64,000 bases of DNA. Source: Candidatus Poribacteria bacterium. GTDB taxonomy: Bacteria > Poribacteria > WGA-4E > GCA-2687025. Location: contig OY762492.1 of NCBI GenBank assembly GCA_963665845.2, positions 992,001-1,056,000 on the forward strand, given 5' to 3'. This document shows positions 57,710 to 64,000 of the stretch, piece by piece. The position numbers and the translations under genes were made by a program. The notes below the pieces were generated by a model. That model saw nothing but the letters and a program-made list of their open reading frames with translations, was not told the origin of the DNA and ran no database searches. Position 1 is the first letter of the stretch, and every line of letters begins with the position of its first letter.

Positions 57710-57738
57710 ATCATAAAGCGCGCCAGCCTGGATGTCAA
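57710..57738 (-). promoter_or_regulatory. strong sigma70-type promoter TTGACA-N17-TATGAT
   Basis: near-perfect consensus upstream of CDS 55379..57631. Confidence 0.7.
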
Positions 57739-57745
57739 CTGACGC

Positions 57746-58339
57746 TTATTCCGATTCCTCCTTCAACGCCTGTTTCACAAGCGGCTCAAGATATTCTCCG
57801 CGCGCCTCCTTGGTGATCAAATGCCCGTCTTTTCCGATCAACCAAGGCTCTGGTATCGCCTTGACAGAATAGTGGATGGCGATCGGCGTTTCCCATCCAT
57901 GACCTGTGAAAATCTGCACCCAGTCGACATCGTTGGCTTTAAGAAATTCGTTCAGACTTTCCTGATCATGGTCTAGGCTGACGCCGATGATCTCAAAGCC
58001 TTTGCCGCGGTATTTCTCATACGCCTCCTTCATGTTCGGAATCTCTCGTTCACAGGGCGAACACCATGACGCCCAAAAATCGAGCAGCACGACCTTGCCC
58101 TTGTAATCGGAAAGCGAGACGCGGTTGCCGTTGATGTCGGTCGCCGTAAAGTCGCCCATGGGATCGCCCTTCTCCACCTCAATCGGGCCGCCGGGCGGAT
58201 AAAAGCTGCCAGTTTCGTTCGTGGATTCCTGATTTTTTTCAGGCGGCTTCTCCTCAGACGATCCGCCGCATCCTGCGAGCCACAAAGACGCCGCCATGAC
58301 CAGAGTGAATGCCGCCGCATACGCAATCGAACTTTTCAT
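57746..58339 (-). CDS. TlpA/ResA-like thiol-disulfide oxidoreductase lipoprotein
   Basis: lipobox LAGC; SLSDYKGKVVLLDFWASWCSPC, IIGVSLD, cis-Pro IP. Confidence 0.93.
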   Translation of the reverse strand: MKSSIAYAAAFTLVMAASLWLAGCGGSSEEKPPEKNQESTNETGSFYPPGGPIEVEKGDPMGDFTATDINGNRVSLSDYKGKVVLLDFWASWCSPCEREIPNMKEAYEKYRGKGFEIIGVSLDHDQESLNEFLKANDVDWVQIFTGHGWETPIAIHYSVKAIPEPWLIGKDGHLITKEARGEYLEPLVKQALKEESE

Positions 58340-58364
58340 ACGCCTCTCCTCAATTTGCATTTAT

Positions 58365-58393
58365 ATAATAATCGAAACGAACGGGATCGTCAA
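58365..58393 (-). promoter_or_regulatory. sigma70-type promoter TTGACG-N17-TATTAT
   Basis: consensus spacing upstream of TlpA gene. Confidence 0.6.
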
Positions 58394-58458
58394 CAACTCC
58401 CATGCGCAGCGGCTCAAAAATCGGTAGTATAAGCCGAACTGTCATGGAAAGGCGCGCC

Positions 58459-59406
58459 ATGAATGCAATCGGCATCGACATCGGAGGCACCAAACTGGCG
58501 GCAGCGACCGCCGACGCATCCGGACGCATTCTTCAAAAAGATGTCCGACCGACCGACTCCCAGCGCGGACCGGACGCTGTCTTGCGCGATGTGATCGACA
58601 TGGCGCATCGACTCTCCAAAAAAGAAGGCGCGGAACCGATCGGCGTCAGCTTCGGCGGTCCATACGATGTTGAAACGGGACGGGTCGGCGATGTCCCAAA
58701 CATGCCCGGTTGGAAGAACCTGCCGCTTCAAGAAAGGTTGAGTTCCGCCTTCCCAGGCAGAAAGATCGTCATCGACAACGACGCGAATGCGGCGGCGCTC
58801 GCCGAATGGAAACTCGGAGCCGGACGCGGCTTTCAAAACATCGTCTATCTCACCATGGGAACCGGCATCGGCGCGGGCGCGATTGTGAACGGGCGGCTCC
58901 TGCGCGGTCAACGCAACGCCGCCGGCGAAATCGGACATATCTGCCTCGTCCCCGACGGTCCGCTCTGCGGATGCGGCAAGCGCGGATGCCTTGAAGCGTT
59001 CTGCTCAGGACCCGCCGTCGCCCGGCGGGCGCGCGAGAAGCTGACGTTCGGCATGGACAACGACCGACTGCTCCAAAACGCCGGCATTGAACTCAACGCG
59101 CTCAAAACGGAGCATCTCGTGAACGCCGCCAAGAACGGCAACCGATTCGCGCTCGCCCATCTAGAAGAAACCGCCATGTATATGGCATGGGGGGTCGCGT
59201 CGCTGGCAAATGTGTTGAGTCCAGAGATCGCGCTGCTCGGCACGGTCGCGGTCGCGGCGGGCGATCTTCTTTTAAAACCGCTGCGCGAACATCTCAAACG
59301 GTTTGTCTTCCCCGCCATTGGCGAACGGCTGCGCGTGGAGCCTGCCGGCCTCGGCGAACTGGTCGGCGACCATGCCGCCGCCGCGCTCGCGCTTTACGCC
59401 GATTGA
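58459..59406 (+). CDS. ROK family sugar kinase (glucokinase-like)
   Basis: IGIDIGGTK, DNDANAAALAE, GTGIGAG, GEIGH, CGCGKRGCLE. Confidence 0.95.
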   Translation: MNAIGIDIGGTKLAAATADASGRILQKDVRPTDSQRGPDAVLRDVIDMAHRLSKKEGAEPIGVSFGGPYDVETGRVGDVPNMPGWKNLPLQERLSSAFPGRKIVIDNDANAAALAEWKLGAGRGFQNIVYLTMGTGIGAGAIVNGRLLRGQRNAAGEIGHICLVPDGPLCGCGKRGCLEAFCSGPAVARRAREKLTFGMDNDRLLQNAGIELNALKTEHLVNAAKNGNRFALAHLEETAMYMAWGVASLANVLSPEIALLGTVAVAAGDLLLKPLREHLKRFVFPAIGERLRVEPAGLGELVGDHAAAALALYAD

Positions 59407-59942
59407 GCTTCCAGCGCCGCGACCGCCCGACGCGCCGACGCCTTAACCCCCCTGTCCGGATCGTTCTCAACGACGCCGCGCAGAAACTCCAGCGACCCGA
59501 CGCAGCCCAGCGCCGCCAGCGACTCCACAACAGCGTTCCGCACGGTGCATTTCTCGTTGTCGTCCCGCTCATAAATCTGTATGAGCGCCGCTTCGGCGCG
59601 GTCGTCTTGAAAGGAGCGGAGAGTTTTCGCGGCATAACCGCGCACCAGCCATGCTTCGTCCTCCGCCGCCGACAGCAGCGGCTCCACAGCGCGCGCGTCC
59701 CCGATCGCCTCCAGCGCCAAAATCGCATGCCCGCGCGCGTACTCTCCCGCTTCCGCGTCTTGAACAACCGCAATCAGCGGCTCCACCGCCGCGGCGCCCA
59801 TCGTTCCAAGCGCAAAACATGCCTCCTGGCGCGGCTTCCACTCATCCTCTTTCAGCGCCTCAATGAGCGATCCGATGTCGCCCGCTTCCGCCAAGGCGCC
59901 GATCCGCTCCTTCACCGACTTCACATATTCTGCCGTCAACAT
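59394..59942 (-). CDS. HEAT-repeat (PBS lyase-like) protein
   Basis: repeated LI.AL.D....R..A..ALG / AVEPL. Confidence 0.88.
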   Translation of the reverse strand: MLTAEYVKSVKERIGALAEAGDIGSLIEALKEDEWKPRQEACFALGTMGAAAVEPLIAVVQDAEAGEYARGHAILALEAIGDARAVEPLLSAAEDEAWLVRGYAAKTLRSFQDDRAEAALIQIYERDDNEKCTVRNAVVESLAALGCVGSLEFLRGVVENDPDRGVKASARRAVAALEAQSA

Positions 59943-59957
59943 AGATACCCCAATCCG

Positions 59958-60713
59958 CTACCGCACAGGGACGCCATGGTCCCGTAGATACTGTTTCGCT
60001 TCGCCGACCGTGTATTCGCGGTAATGAAAAATGGAGGCGGCAAGCGCCGCGTCCGCTTTGCCCTCCACCAGCGCCTCCCGTAGATGCTCCAAGTTGCCCG
60101 CGCCGCCGGACGCAATCAGCGGAACCGACACCGCCTCCGAAACGGCGCGCGTCAGCGGAATGTCGTACCCGTCTTTGGAGCCGTCTCCATCCATGCTGGT
60201 CAGCAGGATTTCGCCCGCGCCCAGCTCCGCCGTCTTCGCCGCCCATTCCACCGCGTCCAGCCCCGTCGGACGCCTGCCGCCATGCGTGTACACCTCCCAG
60301 CCGCCGCCTTGCCGACGCTTCGCGTCGATCGCCGCGACAATGCACTGGCAGCCGACCGCGTCCGCCGACCGCGCAATCAGGTCTGGATCCTGAACAGCCG
60401 CCGTGTTGATGCCGACCTTGTCCGCCCCGACATTCAACAGCCGGCGAATATCCTCCACCGACCGAACGCCGCCCCCAACCGTCAACGGCATGAAAACTCG
60501 GTCCGCCGTCTGCGCGACCACATCCAAGATGATGCCGCGCTTCTCGTGCGAGGCGGTGATGTCCAAAAACACCACCTCGTCCGCCTCTTGACGGTCGTAA
60601 AGGGCGGCAATCTCCACAGGGTCGCCCGCGTCGCGCAGACCCACGAAGTTGACGCCCTTCACAACGCGCCCGCCCTTTACATCCAGGCAGGGTATGATCC
60701 GTTTTGCCAGCAT
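59958..60713 (-). CDS. hisF: imidazole glycerol phosphate synthase subunit HisF
   Basis: [60 protein letters not shown]. Confidence 0.99.
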   Translation of the reverse strand: MLAKRIIPCLDVKGGRVVKGVNFVGLRDAGDPVEIAALYDRQEADEVVFLDITASHEKRGIILDVVAQTADRVFMPLTVGGGVRSVEDIRRLLNVGADKVGINTAAVQDPDLIARSADAVGCQCIVAAIDAKRRQGGGWEVYTHGGRRPTGLDAVEWAAKTAELGAGEILLTSMDGDGSKDGYDIPLTRAVSEAVSVPLIASGGAGNLEHLREALVEGKADAALAASIFHYREYTVGEAKQYLRDHGVPVR

Positions 60714-60716
60714 ATT

Positions 60717-60754
60717 AAAACAAAACCGCCGCTGCCTATGAAAGACAACGGCGG
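60717..60754 (-). terminator. intrinsic terminator candidate after the Ig-repeat gene
   Basis: minus-strand stem CCGCCGTTGTC/GGCAGCGGCGG (G-U pairs valid only on this strand) followed by TTTTGTTTT. Confidence 0.65.
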
Positions 60755-60775
60755 CTCTGCATTCTCCTTGAAAGG

Positions 60776-63700
60776 TTATTTCAAGATGACCATTCGGCGC
60801 AAGGCGCTGAACGACCCCGCTTCAATGCGGTAGAAGTAAAGACCGCTGGAGACCCGCTCGCCGAGCGCGTTTCTGCCGTCCCAGTAAGCCGCCTTGGAAC
60901 GGCTGCGGTACTGACCGGCGGGCAACTGACCCAGCTCCAACACGCGCACCGTTTGACCGGCGGCGTTGTAAACGGTCACCTTCACCTGACTCGACTTCGC
61001 CAAGTCGAACGGGATCCACGTTTCGGGGTTGAACGGGTTCGGATAGTTCGGCAGCAGAGCCGTCAGATCCGGAACCGCGCTCAACAGATGACGTCCAATG
61101 TCGATCCGCCCGTCGGCGATCTCATCCTTGCTGACAACCGCCCGGACAGGCGTCAACCCGCCGAACGTTCCGCTCGGATCCACGACCGACACCTCAAGGG
61201 CGTCGCCCGCTTCATAGCTGCCGCCGCGCAGATCAATCATTGGCTTCACAAACCGGCCGCTGCCAGCCGTCAAGCCCGCCGTGTCCACGACCGACTCGCC
61301 TGTCCGCAGATTCTTGATCGAGACGCTCAGGCCGTTGATCGGCTCCAGAGTGTCCTCGCGGGCAAACGAGCCTTCAACCAGAAGAACGGGCGTCGCCGTC
61401 GGATCAAACTTGAGCGCATCCGCCGAAGCGGCGGTTGATGGAGCGGCATCTTCACTCTTGTTGTCATCGCTCCATGCTTCGCCCGAGTAAGTGACCTTCG
61501 TGACATCAGCGCGGTTTCCGGGAGCGAACACAATGTAGCCCCGACCGCCGTACGCGACATCGTCATCGTTGGGAAGCCTGAACTCATCGTTCCCGAACTT
61601 GTTTTTAGCCAAGACCAGAACGATCGCGCCCTGCACGTCCGAAGCCACCTCAGTCGCCTTTCGACCTTCCAGGTAGCGCGGAACGCCCATCAGGTTGATG
61701 CCGCCCTTCAGCGACACCTCTTCGTCCAGCAAGCCGCCCGTGAACTCAACCGACTTCGCGTTCAACATGTTCACAATCACCGCCGTATGCTCCGACAAGA
61801 TCGTGTCGCCCGACGAACCGGGGGAGCCGGTGTAAGCGACAAAGTTGCCGGCATCGTTCAGCGACAGCACATACAACACGCCGCCGGCCAAGCCGCCAAG
61901 CTCATCGTAGAGATGGCTCACCTTGTAAGGCGCTTCCGGATCGTCCGGATTTTCCACCTTCACCGGTATATGAATCATGTTCAAGCCCCTGGTCAGCTGA
62001 ACCGTGAACGTCGTATCCAGCACAACCTGAACCGAATACGTCTCAGCGGCCGTGTTCATGTTCCCAGCCAAGTCGGTTGCCTTGTCCGCCGCGACATCAA
62101 CCGTCAGCGCGCCTGCTTCGCTCGCTTGAATCGTCGCCGTGTAGAGGCCTTTGGTATCCGCGTCCTCCACGAGCGTGGACACCGACACGTTCGCCGAGCC
62201 GCCGTCCAGCATCGCGTCAATGTCCGCCAACTCAAAGCCTGTCACCTCTTCGCTGAACGCGATCGTGATTGTCTTTTCCGTGTCATCGATCGGACCTGGC
62301 GTTGGACCTGTCACGGTCACGGTCGGAGGCGTCTGGTCAATCGTCACCGCGTACTGCTCGGCGGCAGTACTCATGTTGCCGGCGGTATCCATCGCAGCGT
62401 CCGCCGCAATATCCGCCGTCAACTGACCATTGTAATCCTCAGCAGGCGTCAAGGTCGTCTTGTAGACGATGTAGTAGTCAACGCCGTCTATTGTGATCTT
62501 GCTGTCATCGGTACCTGCGATATCGCCGGCAGTTGCGCCGCTGACCGTCAAATCGTCGGCGTCAAACCCTGTCACAAGCTCGCTGAAGGTGATTGTCAAC
62601 TCAACGGCGCCGTTCGCCGGTCCATCCGGACCCGAAATCGCCACCGTCGGAGGCGTGCTGTCCACCTTTGTCTTGAACGGTTTGCTCGGGCGAGCGCTGG
62701 GATTCCCGAGGTCGTCCACCGCGGCGCCCGCCTTAATGTTCACCTCCACATCGCCTTGAAAGCCCTCATCCGGCGTCAATGTCATCGTGTAAAGACCAGC
62801 GATATCAGTGTCAGGCGTCAGCGCGCTCAGCGTAGCATCCCCCTTCAACACCTCCATATCTGTCAACTCAAAGCCACTCACCGTAACGAAGACCGGTTTG
62901 CCTGCGCTGTCAACGCCGCGCGAGAACTGAATGCTCAGCGTTGACGCGCCCGACTTCACCGCGGCAGGACCCGTGATCTTCACGATCAAACCAGCAGGCG
63001 TCGGCGGTGTACTGCTCGACTTAATGCTGAACACATTGGAAGGCGCGTTTCCGCTGCCCCCAATATTCACAACATTTTGAACCAGATACACCGACACATC
63101 CCCGCCCGTCGGCGTGATGCCCACAACCCAGTTCTTATTCTGCGACACATGCTGAGGAGCCTTGCTCACATACCCGTTCACCACCGTAATGGCGCTGGAC
63201 GGGAAGGAGGAGGTGCTCTGGCTGAACGAGACATTCACATTGAACGCGGTTCCCACCGTGACGCTGGTCGAGGTCGATGTGATGTTCACCGTGTTATTGC
63301 TCGTCGAAATGCTGACAGCCCGCATGGAGCCAGCCTTGTTGTTGCGGCCTCCGGTGTTCTGCGCGACGCCCGCAGCAACCGATACCGCAACCGACGACGC
63401 ATTCGCATTCGGCGTGATCCGAGCCGTGTAAATCTGACCAGACACACGCGTGAACTGATCCGCCGTTCCGCCCGTCACCGTCAGATCGCCGACAACAAAG
63501 CTCGTCCCGACAGATTGATTGAAGACAATCTGAATCTGGAACGGAGTCGTGTTGCGCGGACCGTAGTCGCCGTCCACCACAAAGAGCGACACGGTCGGAT
63601 CGTTCGACGCCACCGCGATGGAGGCGCCGTCATGCGCCGCGTTCCCGTTGCCGACAATGTCGGTCACCTTGTTGGGGCCGAGAGATACCCTCGCCTGCTG

Positions 63701-64000
63701 CTGCGGCGAGTTGATGTTCGCCGTCAGCGTCCGAAGGCCGGTGTTTCCAACGCTTCCCGGAACAACCGTCCCGCCCGTCACCGTCAGATCTTCCTTCACC
63801 CAGGACGCCGTATCCATGTCCTCATCGAATGTGATGGCAACACTGAACGTGAACTGATTGTGAGCCAGCGCCGCCCCGTTGTTCAGTGTGAAAGCGGTCA
63901 CCTTCGGAGCCGTCCGGTCGATGCGGACAAACTTGGTCGCCGACGCCACCGTCGTCCGATTCGCCGGAAGAGCGGTCGCAGTCGCCGCGCCTGCATTTAC
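60776..64000 (-). CDS. large Ig-like repeat surface protein with FlgD/T9SS-type C-terminal domain (5' truncated by window edge)
   Basis: frame open to position 64000; repeated D.TPPTV.I...ITFSE.VTGF...D..V...A.D.AGN; C-terminal [39 protein letters not shown]...RRMVILK. Confidence 0.9.
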   Translation of the reverse strand, partial: VNAGAATATALPANRTTVASATKFVRIDRTAPKVTAFTLNNGAALAHNQFTFSVAITFDEDMDTASWVKEDLTVTGGTVVPGSVGNTGLRTLTANINSPQQQARVSLGPNKVTDIVGNGNAAHDGASIAVASNDPTVSLFVVDGDYGPRNTTPFQIQIVFNQSVGTSFVVGDLTVTGGTADQFTRVSGQIYTARITPNANASSVAVSVAAGVAQNTGGRNNKAGSMRAVSISTSNNTVNITSTSTSVTVGTAFNVNVSFSQSTSSFPSSAITVVNGYVSKAPQHVSQNKNWVVGITPTGGDVSVYLVQNVVNIGGSGNAPSNVFSIKSSSTPPTPAGLIVKITGPAAVKSGASTLSIQFSRGVDSAGKPVFVTVSGFELTDMEVLKGDATLSALTPDTDIAGLYTMTLTPDEGFQGDVEVNIKAGAAVDDLGNPSARPSKPFKTKVDSTPPTVAISGPDGPANGAVELTITFSELVTGFDADDLTVSGATAGDIAGTDDSKITIDGVDYYIVYKTTLTPAEDYNGQLTADIAADAAMDTAGNMSTAAEQYAVTIDQTPPTVTVTGPTPGPIDDTEKTITIAFSEEVTGFELADIDAMLDGGSANVSVSTLVEDADTKGLYTATIQASEAGALTVDVAADKATDLAGNMNTAAETYSVQVVLDTTFTVQLTRGLNMIHIPVKVENPDDPEAPYKVSHLYDELGGLAGGVLYVLSLNDAGNFVAYTGSPGSSGDTILSEHTAVIVNMLNAKSVEFTGGLLDEEVSLKGGINLMGVPRYLEGRKATEVASDVQGAIVLVLAKNKFGNDEFRLPNDDDVAYGGRGYIVFAPGNRADVTKVTYSGEAWSDDNKSEDAAPSTAASADALKFDPTATPVLLVEGSFAREDTLEPINGLSVSIKNLRTGESVVDTAGLTAGSGRFVKPMIDLRGGSYEAGDALEVSVVDPSGTFGGLTPVRAVVSKDEIADGRIDIGRHLLSAVPDLTALLPNYPNPFNPETWIPFDLAKSSQVKVTVYNAAGQTVRVLELGQLPAGQYRSRSKAAYWDGRNALGERVSSGLYFYRIEAGSFSALRRMVILK

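Overview
GC-rich, gene-dense bacterial chromosomal segment with about 60 CDS. No rRNA, tRNA, CRISPR array or transposase was recognised. Several signatures point to Candidatus Poribacteria or a relative (inference): a LamG protein, PhyH dioxygenases, TolB-like propellers, sugar-catabolic enzymes, a '[16 protein letters not shown]' C-terminal domain and a recurrent 'VxPAGKxxxxWxxL/I[KR]' tail. Recognisable genes are pafA, ppdK, pabB, uppP, an aquaporin, lhr, the rnpA-yidD-yidC-jag-mnmE operon (rpmH absent; headed by an HNH nuclease and a lipoprotein), trmJ, larB, hisF, two ROK kinases, an orphan N6-adenine DNA methyltransferase and a pentaheme cytochrome c lipoprotein. Most notable: (1) a shared short C-terminal motif on three unrelated secreted proteins, a candidate sorting signal, alongside a second FlgD/T9SS-like C-terminal domain on a giant Ig-repeat protein; (2) a tandem array of four diverged 7Fe-type ferredoxins; (3) a 750-aa protein combining RNA polymerase alpha-CTD-like and sigma-70 region-4 motifs; (4) a modular intergenic repeat system in which a dRS3-like palindrome is carried inside a ~27-bp-TIR MITE and is locally amplified in tandem; (5) a Pup/UBact-type ligase in an apparently non-actinobacterial genome. 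All product calls come from motif recognition by eye, not database searches.
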